DNA from: a bacterium
Lineage (GTDB): Bacteria > Cyanobacteriota > Vampirovibrionia > Vampirovibrionales > Vampirovibrionaceae
Reading direction: 5' to 3'
DNA length: 64,000 nucleotides
NCBI GenBank assembly: GCA_030429585.1
Contig: JAUIEU010000001.1
Location: forward strand, 1,827,848 to 1,891,847
Position 1 is the stretch's first letter, and the number at the start of each line of letters is the position of its first letter. Of this stretch, positions 9,486 through 20,163 are shown piece after piece. The notes under the pieces are model-generated. The model made no database searches and was not told the origin of the DNA. It saw nothing but the letters and a program-made list of their open reading frames with translations. The position numbers and the translations under genes were made by a program.

Positions 9486-10967
9486 ATGACGGTTGTATCG
9501 CCCCTGACTAACATGGATGACGACCCTACCGCCTTATTACAGGCGGCTTTGCCTGCATGGTGGGCGCAAGGGTGGCTAGGTTTACTGGTGGCCTTGGCCG
9601 TGGCGAGTTTTTGTTTTACCACCAGTGCCATGGGCGTTTTTAGTGGCGTGCTGGTCGGCGTATGGCTGGCTAGTATTGGCTTGGTGCGGTGGCGCTGCGG
9701 GGCGTGGGTAGTGCCACCGTGGCAACCCATGGATAGTTGGGTGGCCCTACTGTGGTTGGCGGCTGTAGTGGCCACCGGGTGGAGCAGCGTGCAGCCGGAT
9801 AGTGTGGTGGGCCTGGTTAAACTAACCCTGTTAATGAGTCTGTACCCCATGGCCCGTTGGTTGTGGTGGGCGTATCCTCATGTGTGGCGCTGGCAGCTGG
9901 GGGTATGGTTTGTGTTGGGCCTGGTGCAGGTGTTGGCAGGCTGGGGCCAGCTAACCGGCTTTTGGAGTGCTATTAGTGGCCCCCTGGCCACGTGGCAAGA
10001 CCCAAACCTGGATGCCAGCCTGCGAATGACTCGTATTGTGGGCACCGTGCCGCCGTTTAACCCTAATTTGCTGGCCGGGGCGATTATTCCACTGGTGGGC
10101 TTGGCCTTGGGTTGGGCGGTGCTGACCCGGTTGCAGGCTTTGTCTCAGCCGGTGGGGCAGGTATGGCAGGCGTTTAAGGCCCATTGGCTTTGGCTGCTTA
10201 TTAGCGGTGTTACCGCTATTGCGCTGGTATGGGCCCTGGTTATGACGGGGTCTCGGGGTGGGTTTTTGGCGCTGGTGGCTATGGCAGGGGCGCTGTATTT
10301 AATATTGGGCCATGTGTTGTGGCGTCATCCCCAATGTCGTCAGTGGGCCCATGGCAACCGCATCCGTTTGGGGTGGTTAGTACTGGGTGGCTTGGCACTG
10401 GTTGGGGTTGGTGGGGTATTGGCTGCATCGCCTAGTTTATGGGCCCGTGTGCAATCTATTGTTACCGGCGATAGTTCTACCGCGTATCGAATGCAGGTGT
10501 ACCGCTCCGCTTTTCAAATGATTCAGGATAATTGGCTGTGGGGCATTGGCCCCGGTAATCGTACGTTTCAAGACGTCTACGGCTTGTACCAGGTGCCGAA
10601 TATTAATGCGTTGGCGGCCTACAGTGTGCCGCTAGAAATTTGGATAGAAACTGGCGTGTTGGGCATCGTTGCCTTTGTGGGCATGGTGGTGGCGATGTTG
10701 TGGCAGGGGTTTATACGGGTGGATAATGCCACCACGCCTTGGGCGCTAAATTGGCAGCATGGGGTGGTGCTGGCGGCCTTGGTGGGGGCGCTGGTGTACG
10801 GCCTGTTTGATACGGTGTGGTACCGGCCCACGGTAAATATTATGTTTTGGTTGCTGCTGGCGGGGTGGGTGTCTCAACCTTATGCGCGAGGCGGTAAAAA
10901 AGCGGCCCCATCAGGGAATCTATCATTATCCGATAGGGCGGCCGTGGTAAAGGCGGTAACGGAATGA
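9486..10967 (+). CDS. ictB: IctB-family / O-antigen ligase-like membrane protein
   Basis: NPNLLAG, TGSRGG, DSS..YR, GIGPGN..F...Y.LY, AL.AYS..LE, FDTVWYRP motifs of cyanobacterial IctB. Confidence 0.88.
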   Translation: MTVVSPLTNMDDDPTALLQAALPAWWAQGWLGLLVALAVASFCFTTSAMGVFSGVLVGVWLASIGLVRWRCGAWVVPPWQPMDSWVALLWLAAVVATGWSSVQPDSVVGLVKLTLLMSLYPMARWLWWAYPHVWRWQLGVWFVLGLVQVLAGWGQLTGFWSAISGPLATWQDPNLDASLRMTRIVGTVPPFNPNLLAGAIIPLVGLALGWAVLTRLQALSQPVGQVWQAFKAHWLWLLISGVTAIALVWALVMTGSRGGFLALVAMAGALYLILGHVLWRHPQCRQWAHGNRIRLGWLVLGGLALVGVGGVLAASPSLWARVQSIVTGDSSTAYRMQVYRSAFQMIQDNWLWGIGPGNRTFQDVYGLYQVPNINALAAYSVPLEIWIETGVLGIVAFVGMVVAMLWQGFIRVDNATTPWALNWQHGVVLAALVGALVYGLFDTVWYRPTVNIMFWLLLAGWVSQPYARGGKKAAPSGNLSLSDRAAVVKAVTE

Positions 10968-12073
10968 CCTCTGCTTCGATGCAACGTTCGGTTCAATCCA
11001 TCGCCTTGGTCTGCCCCGGCGGCATTGGGGATGTGCTGCTGTTTTCGTCGGTTATACGGGCCTGTAAGGCTATGTTACCGGCGGCCAACATAACGCTTTT
11101 GGTAGAAGGCCGTAGCCAAGCAGCAGCCCAATTATTGGGTGATGTAGTAGACGAAGTCATCCCCTTAAAATTACAAGGCGTGGGCAAATTAACCGCCGCT
11201 TTAGGTCTGCGTGCCACTTTGTGTGCCGGTAAGTACGGTGCCGTTGTAAGCTGTGGTAGCAATGCGTTGTTGGCGCCCTTGCTGGCCAGTACGGGTATTC
11301 CGGTGCGGGTAGGGTTTGAATCTGCTTTAAGTGGGCTGTGTCTAACCCAATCGGTGCCATGCCGTAAGCAGGCTTATGCTGGTGATATGTATTTGGCCTT
11401 AGCTCGTGGCTTAGCGGTTGCCCTTGGCCAACCCTTCCCAAGAGAGATCCATCATTGCCCGGTTATTCCACTAACGGTGGACGATACCACATGGTTTACC
11501 ACCACGTGCTGGCCCAAGCTTAACATTCCCAATCCGTCTCAATCGTGGGTTGTTATTCATCCGGGGGTAAGTAAACTAAGCATCCAAAAAGGCTTAGTAA
11601 AACGTTGGAACCCGGCGAATTGGGTAACGCTCGCTAATCGCCTGCGAGAAAATAACATCACCGTGGTGCTAGCCGCAGGGCCAGATGACGCGGACACTGT
11701 GGCGGCCATTCAGCAAGGCATTGCCAAAACCGGCCAGCCCGCGTTGCCCACATTAGCAGGCGCTATTAAAAATTTAAAAGAGCTGGCTATTGCCTTTAAG
11801 CACGCTGCTGCCGTGGTGTGCTGCGATAGTGCCCCCATGCACGTGGCCATGGCCGCAGGTGCCACTACGGTGGCTTTATTTGGCGATTTTGCGCCCCACC
11901 GGTTGGTGCCGCCTAGCGCAACACATGTTACCGCCTTAGCCGAACCCGCGGGTACCCTGCGCCCAAACCCAAGTTATGTGGCGATAGAAGTTTCTGCTGT
12001 TGAAACAGCCGTGTTGGCTGCCATCCATTCAACCGAGGGAACTCCAGCGCCCGCCATACCGTCCGATAGTTAA
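10964..12073 (+). CDS. Glycosyltransferase family 9 (heptosyltransferase-like)
   Basis: PGGIGDVLL, IHPG, KRW, DSAPMHVA.A.G..TVALFG motifs; ATGA overlap with ictB. Confidence 0.9.
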   Translation: MTSASMQRSVQSIALVCPGGIGDVLLFSSVIRACKAMLPAANITLLVEGRSQAAAQLLGDVVDEVIPLKLQGVGKLTAALGLRATLCAGKYGAVVSCGSNALLAPLLASTGIPVRVGFESALSGLCLTQSVPCRKQAYAGDMYLALARGLAVALGQPFPREIHHCPVIPLTVDDTTWFTTTCWPKLNIPNPSQSWVVIHPGVSKLSIQKGLVKRWNPANWVTLANRLRENNITVVLAAGPDDADTVAAIQQGIAKTGQPALPTLAGAIKNLKELAIAFKHAAAVVCCDSAPMHVAMAAGATTVALFGDFAPHRLVPPSATHVTALAEPAGTLRPNPSYVAIEVSAVETAVLAAIHSTEGTPAPAIPSDS

Positions 12074-12114
12074 GACAATGTGCCGAATTCTGGTAGATTA
12101 CGCCTTAAGGGGTG

Positions 12115-12183
12115 TATACTAGCAATTCTGGCCGTTATGGCTTAGGCATGCCCAAATGGTTGGGCTATTGGCCCCTTTGACAA
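12115..12183 (+). promoter_or_regulatory. ssrA promoter -10 element plus boxB-like hairpin and boxA-like element
   Basis: TATACT 12115-12120; GCCCAA-atgg-TTGGGC 12150-12165; GCCCCTTTGACAA 12171-12183. Confidence 0.5.
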
Positions 12184-12285
12184 TTTAACCATGGAAAAAT
12201 AATGCGACGATATCGTCTGTTTCTCAGGACGATGGTGTTTAGTGGAATTGCCTTAACCTTGGTAGTGCCACCAAACACCATGCCT

Positions 12286-12746
12286 GGGGCCGATTAGGAT
12301 TTGACAGGGCGGATTGCAGCAACACATGGCGCGTCGGGGTGCTGTTCCTCGTTATCAACAAGCAAACCTAATAAATGCCAACCCTAAGGTTGTTGCATTG
12401 AAGCGTAACAACGTAATCAACGTTGATTTCGCTGCTCGTCGTAAAGTTGCCTAGGTAACTTTTAGAGCAGTGGCGCTTCGCCTACATCTTCGGATGTAGG
12501 TTGCCACTCGTCTTCTTCTAGCATGCCGAAGAGACGGGTCACCCTACGCATGCAACCTAACTGGCGAGACGGACGTGGTGCCAGTGATGGTTTTTACGGC
12601 GTCCACCCCGGCGGGGGGCTAAGCGCTTGGAATCTCTGTTGGTGTGGTCGCCAGCAAGGGGGTTCGACATTGAATAGCGGCCTACACGCGTAGAGATGGG
12701 TTGATGGCCGTTTTGGACGCGGGTTCGACTCCCGCCGGCTCCACCA
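12286..12746 (+). ncRNA. ssrA: tmRNA (one-piece, 461 nt); tag ANPKVVALKRNNVINVDFAARRKVA
   Basis: 5' GGGGCCG..GGATTTGAC; 3' GCGGGTTCGACTCCCGC-CGGCTCC-ACCA with G3-U pair; ATAAAT before resume codon GCC at 12377; stop codon in a hairpin; pseudoknots can be drawn. Confidence 0.97.
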
Positions 12747-12771
12747 TGGTGGTTATTTATAGGTATCGCGT

Positions 12772-12841
12772 TGTGTGCAAAAATGGGTAAATATGCACAG
12801 AAAAACAATTTGGTGTGCGAAAACCCTTGATTCTGCACACT
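12772..12841. repeat. Two imperfect palindromes in tandem, 40-bp period
   Basis: TGTGTGCAAAA-atgggtaa-ATATGCACAGA and GGTGTGCGAAA-acccttga-TTCTGCACACT. Confidence 0.7.
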
Positions 12842-12872
12842 TGCTATTTTTGTAGTTTTAATTTGCCTCTAT

Positions 12873-14030
12873 TTATTCAGGCGTCTCTAGGCGAGTTGCG
12901 CCAACATCACTTAGCATGGCCATTAGTGCATGATTGACGTAGTAGTTAGATTTACCGCCTTTTACTTTAGTCACTAAGTTAAGCTTATCGCTCGCTAGTT
13001 CGTTTAAATAACGCATGGCTGTTGTTCGGTGGCAGTCTACCTCTCGTTCTACATATTCGGTTTTGGTATAAGGGTATTTAAACAGTGTGTTTAGCAGCTC
13101 ATGAGAATAAAGATTGGTTTCAGAGCGCATGCGCTGTTTATACGCCTGCATTAATTGCTTCATTTTTTCAATAATATCAATAGTTTGGTAAGACGTTTGT
13201 ATAACGCCTTCTAACATAAACAATATCCACTCCTCCCAAACGCCATTTTGTCTTACAGCTTGCAGTAAGTGATAATATTTGCTTTTGTTTTGATTGATGT
13301 AGCGTGATAGATATAGAACCGGTGTGCCTAATAAGCCTTGTTGAACCAAATAAAGTACATTAATAATCCGGCCTGTTCTTCCATTACCATCAAAAAATGG
13401 GTGAATACTTTCAAATTGGTGGTGAATAACGGCCATTTTAATAAGAGGATCCCAAGCGCAGCATGAGTTATCGTTGATAAAGGCCTCTAAATTGCCCATG
13501 TAATGCTCAATAACGCTTATGTCTTGTGGTGGTGTGTAAACAATTTCCCCTGTGGTTTCATTTTTAAGTGTCGTGCCGGATTGAGAGCGAAAGCCAGCGT
13601 CATTGCCTTCAAGTATGGCTTGAATCTCTTTAATAGTGGCATTGGTTAGCAGGTGAGTATGTTTTAGTTGGTTAAAACCATGTAGTAGCGCTGATGAATA
13701 AGCATAAACTTCTTTGGCTGCTGAACTGGAAAACTCTTGTGCCGCAATGTCACTTCGATATAGGTCGTCGTGAGTTGTGACTATATTTTCAATCTCGGAG
13801 CTATCTTTGGCTTCTTGAACAGCTAGTGTGCTAATGAGAATGGTTTCGTTAGGAACGGTTCGGGCAATGCCTTTTAATTCAGCTAGTGCACGGCTAGCCA
13901 TATTAGTTTTCTTGAGAATTTTGGCGGTTTCTAAATTTTGTGAAAATGGCAATATAGGCAGTTGGTACGTGCCTTCTAGTGCAAGCCCTGGCTGGTAAAT
14001 AGTTTGTATTTCAATGTGAGAATTGTCCAT
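12873..14030 (-). CDS. Fic-family protein (Fic_N + Fic + C-terminal HTH), putative AMPylase
   Basis: Canonical HPFFDGNGRTGR, inhibitory SSEIEN motif, HTH-like 'HRTTAMRYLNEL'; AT-richer than neighbours. Confidence 0.95.
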   Translation of the reverse strand: MDNSHIEIQTIYQPGLALEGTYQLPILPFSQNLETAKILKKTNMASRALAELKGIARTVPNETILISTLAVQEAKDSSEIENIVTTHDDLYRSDIAAQEFSSSAAKEVYAYSSALLHGFNQLKHTHLLTNATIKEIQAILEGNDAGFRSQSGTTLKNETTGEIVYTPPQDISVIEHYMGNLEAFINDNSCCAWDPLIKMAVIHHQFESIHPFFDGNGRTGRIINVLYLVQQGLLGTPVLYLSRYINQNKSKYYHLLQAVRQNGVWEEWILFMLEGVIQTSYQTIDIIEKMKQLMQAYKQRMRSETNLYSHELLNTLFKYPYTKTEYVEREVDCHRTTAMRYLNELASDKLNLVTKVKGGKSNYYVNHALMAMLSDVGATRLETPE

Positions 14031-14100
14031 AATCTTAGAATTATCCAGATAATTTAGAAGGCTTCTTTTATATTACCTGCTTAAGTATACATGGATTAAA

Positions 14101-14184
14101 TGGTGGGCAAGAGAGGACTCGAACCTCCACGTCGTTAGACACTAGTTCCTAAGACTAGCGCGTCTACCATTCCGCCACTTGCCC
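14101..14184 (-). tRNA. tRNA-Leu (TAG), CCA encoded
   Basis: GGGCAAG/CTTGCCC acceptor stem, CTAGT-CT-TAG-GA-ACTAG anticodon arm, long variable arm, GGTTCGAGTCC. Confidence 0.97.
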
Positions 14185-14268
14185 ACCAAATAGGCATTGG
14201 GCACTAGCGCACCCAAATCGGCAGAATGATATTGTGAACCAAACCCAATACGGCTGGCAAGATGGTAA

Positions 14269-15381
<1,113 letters not shown>

Positions 15382-15633
15382 GTGGGTCTTTTTTGTTTTG
15401 ACAGGGGGCTAGCCTCCCTTTGTAACTGTTTGATCCGATGTGGCGCGACGAGCCCCACATTTTTCTGGTGCGTGGGTTTTGTTTAGGGTACAAACATGTT
15501 TCGCGCTTGCACCTTCTTTGCATGGTGGCTATAAGGCATAGGGCTACATATCACGCCCTAACCCTTTTTTAACCGCTGCTGTGTAGTGTTACTGTTTACC
15601 CCGTAGGCGTGTATTTTGGAGATAACTGAATCT

Positions 15634-16815
15634 ATGTCAACGACATTTTTAATGGATAACGATGAAATGGAAACCGAATCCATGGGCCCAGAAATGGATG
15701 CCTTACGTGAGCGGTTTGAAAATTTACTGGCTAAAACCAAAGATGCAGACCCCGTAAGTGGCGAGCTGGCTTTGGGCGAAATTTTAGCCATTGATAAAGA
15801 CGGCCTTCGGGTTGATATTGGCGGAAAATCTGAGGCGGTATGCCCAATTCGCGAAATCCCCGGTAGCCAAAACGCCGAAGAGCTAAACGAGCAATACAAA
15901 GTTGGCCAAGCCATTGAATTCTTTGTAATGAGCGAGCAAGACAAAGATAACGCGCCCTACTACCGCTTATCGGTTCGTCGCGTTAACGCCTTTAAAAACT
16001 GGGATCAGGTGGAACATCTGAAATCCACTGGCGATATTATTGAAGTAACCGTTGCCGCGGCTACCAAAGGTGGTGTGCTGGTAAACGTGCTGGATTTAAA
16101 AGGCTTTGTGCCCGCTAGCCAGTTGCGTGTACCTAAAACCCTGCCCGAGTTGGTTGGCGAAACCCTAATGGTTAAAGTGCTAGAAGTGGATAAGACAAAA
16201 AACAAACTTATCCTAAGCAACCGTGCCGCTGTGTTCGAAACCTACGCTGCCCAACGTCGCCAAACCCTAGAAGCCCTAGAAGAAGGCGATATTGTGGAAG
16301 GCAACATCGTGAAGATGACTCACTTCGGTGTGTTTATCGATATCAACGGTATCGATGGTTTGCTGCCTCTGTCCGAAATCTCTTGGCGTCGTGTTCAGCA
16401 TCCTAGCGATGTGTTAGAACTAGGCCAAAAGGTACGCGTACAGGTACTGAACGTGGATAAAGACCGTCAACGCATTAGCCTAAGCAAAAAGCGTTTAGAA
16501 GAAGATCCATGGGATACCTTGGAAAACACCATTGCTGTTGGCGATGAAGTAGAAGCACCGATTACCAAAATCCTAAACACAGGTGTGTTGGGTGAGTTAA
16601 TCCCCGGTGTGGAAGCTTACTGCCACATGAATAGCCGCCCAGAGCCCTTTGAAATGGGCGAGCGCTATGTCTTCCGCGTGGTATCCATCTACCCAGATGA
16701 CCGCCGCATTACGCTGAAATACTTGGCCGATGCCGAGCCAGCGGAAATGGTGGAAGAGCAAGCCCCTGCTGAAACAGTAGAAGAGCCTACCCCAGAGTTG
16801 GCCACTGCTGAATAA
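15634..16815 (+). CDS. rpsA: 30S ribosomal protein S1 (short form, 3-4 S1 domains)
   Basis: VDIGGKSEA, GFVPASQL, FGVFIDI.GIDGLL..SEISW; start uncertain (15616, 15634 or 15652). Confidence 0.92.
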   Translation: MSTTFLMDNDEMETESMGPEMDALRERFENLLAKTKDADPVSGELALGEILAIDKDGLRVDIGGKSEAVCPIREIPGSQNAEELNEQYKVGQAIEFFVMSEQDKDNAPYYRLSVRRVNAFKNWDQVEHLKSTGDIIEVTVAAATKGGVLVNVLDLKGFVPASQLRVPKTLPELVGETLMVKVLEVDKTKNKLILSNRAAVFETYAAQRRQTLEALEEGDIVEGNIVKMTHFGVFIDINGIDGLLPLSEISWRRVQHPSDVLELGQKVRVQVLNVDKDRQRISLSKKRLEEDPWDTLENTIAVGDEVEAPITKILNTGVLGELIPGVEAYCHMNSRPEPFEMGERYVFRVVSIYPDDRRITLKYLADAEPAEMVEEQAPAETVEEPTPELATAE

Positions 16816-16836
16816 GCACGGTTGGTAACTACTTTA

Positions 16837-16876
16837 AGAGCGCCTCGAGTTTTTGTTAATTCGGGGCGCTTTTTTT
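16837..16876 (+). terminator. Intrinsic terminator after rpsA
   Basis: GAGCGCCTCGAGTT...AATTCGGGGCGCTT followed by a T run. Confidence 0.85.
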
Positions 16877-16887
16877 ATGGGACTTTA

Positions 16888-16916
16888 TTGACTTAGGGCC
16901 GATCTTGGCCTATCTT
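16888..16916 (+). promoter_or_regulatory. Sigma70 promoter of rplU-rpmA
   Basis: TTGACT-N17-TATCTT. Confidence 0.65.
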
Positions 16917-16941
16917 ATAACATCCTTAATCCCCACTATAA

Positions 16942-17001
16942 GGCGGGCAGGTGTGGCACAGCCACAACCTAAAGAGACTCGTTGAGTCCACCTGGGCCGT
17001 C
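16942..17001 (+). promoter_or_regulatory. Structured rplU leader (L21-leader-like)
   Basis: CAGGTG/CACCTG closing TGGC-aca-GCCA and GACTC-gtt-GAGTC hairpins, with an AACC linker. Confidence 0.55.
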
Positions 17002-17026
17002 AAATCCGAATGGAAGACAACAAATT

Positions 17027-17353
17027 ATGTCTAAAACCGCTGTAAAAACCGCCATTGTTGAATTTAATGGCAAACAATACCAAGTAGAAGAAGGCCGCTA
17101 TGTAGTGGTAGACTTGGTAAACCAAGACCCAGAAACCGCCATTACGATGGATAAGGTGCTGGTTGCCATGAATGGCGAAGACGCCACCATTGGTGCCCCT
17201 TATGTAGAGGGCGCTACCGTCAAGGCCAAAGTACTTAACCACTTCCGTGGTAAAAAAGTAATTGTGTACAAAATGAAGCGGAAAAAAGGCTACCGTCGTA
17301 AAAACGGGCACCGCCAAAACTACACCCGCCTACAAATCGACTCGATTTCCTAA
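17027..17353 (+). CDS. rplU: 50S ribosomal protein L21
   Basis: GKQY.V.EG, GAPYVEGA.V, RGKKV, GHRQ.YT. Confidence 0.97.
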   Translation: MSKTAVKTAIVEFNGKQYQVEEGRYVVVDLVNQDPETAITMDKVLVAMNGEDATIGAPYVEGATVKAKVLNHFRGKKVIVYKMKRKKGYRRKNGHRQNYTRLQIDSIS

Positions 17354-17416
17354 GGTATCGACTCGGTTCCTCTGTATCCCACAAGATTTATTCACAATAT
17401 TTAAAGGAGCACCATT

Positions 17417-17680
17417 ATGGCTCATAAAAAGGGCGTCGGCTCGTCTAAGAACGGCCGCGATAGCGAAAGTAAACGACTCGGCGTTAAAAAGTTTGGCGGC
17501 GAGAAAGTACGCGCTGGTAACATTCTAATCCGTCAGCGGGGCACCAAGTTTCACCCTGGCGCTAACGTTGGTATTGGTAAAGATGACACCCTGTTTGCCT
17601 TGGTAGACGGCGTGGTGGAATTTGCTAAGCACCGTACCAGCAAAAAAGTAAACATTATCCCTGCAGTAGCCACTGCTTAA
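17417..17680 (+). CDS. rpmA: 50S ribosomal protein L27
   Basis: [23 protein letters not shown]; AAGGAG SD. Confidence 0.98.
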   Translation: MAHKKGVGSSKNGRDSESKRLGVKKFGGEKVRAGNILIRQRGTKFHPGANVGIGKDDTLFALVDGVVEFAKHRTSKKVNIIPAVATA

Positions 17681-17700
17681 GTAACACACAAAAATATATT

Positions 17701-17734
17701 GAGCGGCCTTATAGTAACAGTAAGGCCGCTTTTT
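17701..17734 (+). terminator. Intrinsic terminator after rpmA
   Basis: GAGCGGCCTTA...TAAGGCCGCTT followed by a T run. Confidence 0.85.
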
Positions 17735-17736
17735 CT

Positions 17737-18123
17737 ATGGAGATTAAAAAAATGGTTACTAATACGGTAAATTATGGTTTAGCTATTCATTCTTTTGGGT
17801 TTGGTACAGGGCGTCAAAAATCTTACGCTTATATGACTGATGAGGAGAAGAGAATAAAGAATGCAAAAAAAACCTTTCCAGATGAAGGGTTCTCAAACAA
17901 TACGCATACTTTAGTGGTTGTTGGGGGCAATAATATTGGCCTTCGTGAGAAAGGCGCGCTAGGTAATCTTGCAGTGTTTAAATCTTTATCAGGCAAGGTT
18001 ACTCCATGGTATGATTATAATTCGGGTAGCGCTGAATTTACGGTGCCTATAATTAATAACAGGCGTGAACAATTAACCCAGCTTGCCATTGATATTTTAG
18101 ATTTGAACTCAAATAAAAAGTAA
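17737..18123 (+). CDS. Hypothetical AT-rich orphan protein
   Basis: 128-aa ORF filling the gap; probable start ATG 17752 (GGAG upstream); no recognisable domain. Confidence 0.55.
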   Translation: MEIKKMVTNTVNYGLAIHSFGFGTGRQKSYAYMTDEEKRIKNAKKTFPDEGFSNNTHTLVVVGGNNIGLREKGALGNLAVFKSLSGKVTPWYDYNSGSAEFTVPIINNRREQLTQLAIDILDLNSNKK

Positions 18124-18204
18124 CAAACTGTTAAATAATTGACAATGTTAAATAAACAACAGTTTTTATTCTAATAGCAGAACGTATAACCATTGGAATT
18201 TGTA

Positions 18205-18435
18205 ATGGCAATTAACGGCATCAATTTTGCAAACATCAACTACGGCTCACCAGCCGCAGTTTCTGGTGTGCAAACAGGTGCCTCTCGCCAAGGCGGTTCT
18301 GCTGGGCCTGCTGGCACTATTCGTGGTCAGCAATCTTACACCGGCTTAGATGAAGTAAGAGCCCAAGCTCAAAACAGCCGATTTAGCGCGCTACGCCCGC
18401 AGCATAGCAATTGCTCGCTTTGCTTGGATGCTTAA
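18205..18435 (+). CDS. Small low-complexity hypothetical protein
   Basis: ORF MAINGINF...CSLCLDA with its own upstream repeat region and downstream terminator. Confidence 0.65.
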   Translation: MAINGINFANINYGSPAAVSGVQTGASRQGGSAGPAGTIRGQQSYTGLDEVRAQAQNSRFSALRPQHSNCSLCLDA

Positions 18436-18455
18436 TTCACCAAAGTAAAATAACG

Positions 18456-18483
18456 TTTTTAGTCTGCTACGGCAGGCTTTTTT
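18456..18483. terminator. Terminator between small ORF and convergent dnaB
   Basis: AGTCTGC-tacg-GCAGGCT followed by a T run. Confidence 0.75.
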
Positions 18484-18547
18484 AGTGTTTGGCTATGTTT
18501 TGACAGTAGCTACTGTGCAATAACCCCATGAAAAGCCACTCTGTGGC

Positions 18548-19972
<1,425 letters not shown>

Positions 19973-20163
19973 GGGGGGCGCCTTTCTCTAACACGGGGGG
20001 TATTGTGGTGCAGGGCGCATGCAAATGTCCCGTGTTTAGGGGTTCCCGTAACCGGTGGGCACCCATCACAATAACCATAACCATTCCTCAAAATTTTAGC
20101 GGAAGAACCCACCAGATTATAGCGCCTGTAACAGCATTGTAGCCTTAGTGCCCCTTACCCCTT

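Noticed and set aside
12557-12838. 93-aa minus-strand ORF
   Set aside because: Antisense to the tmRNA with no protein-like features.
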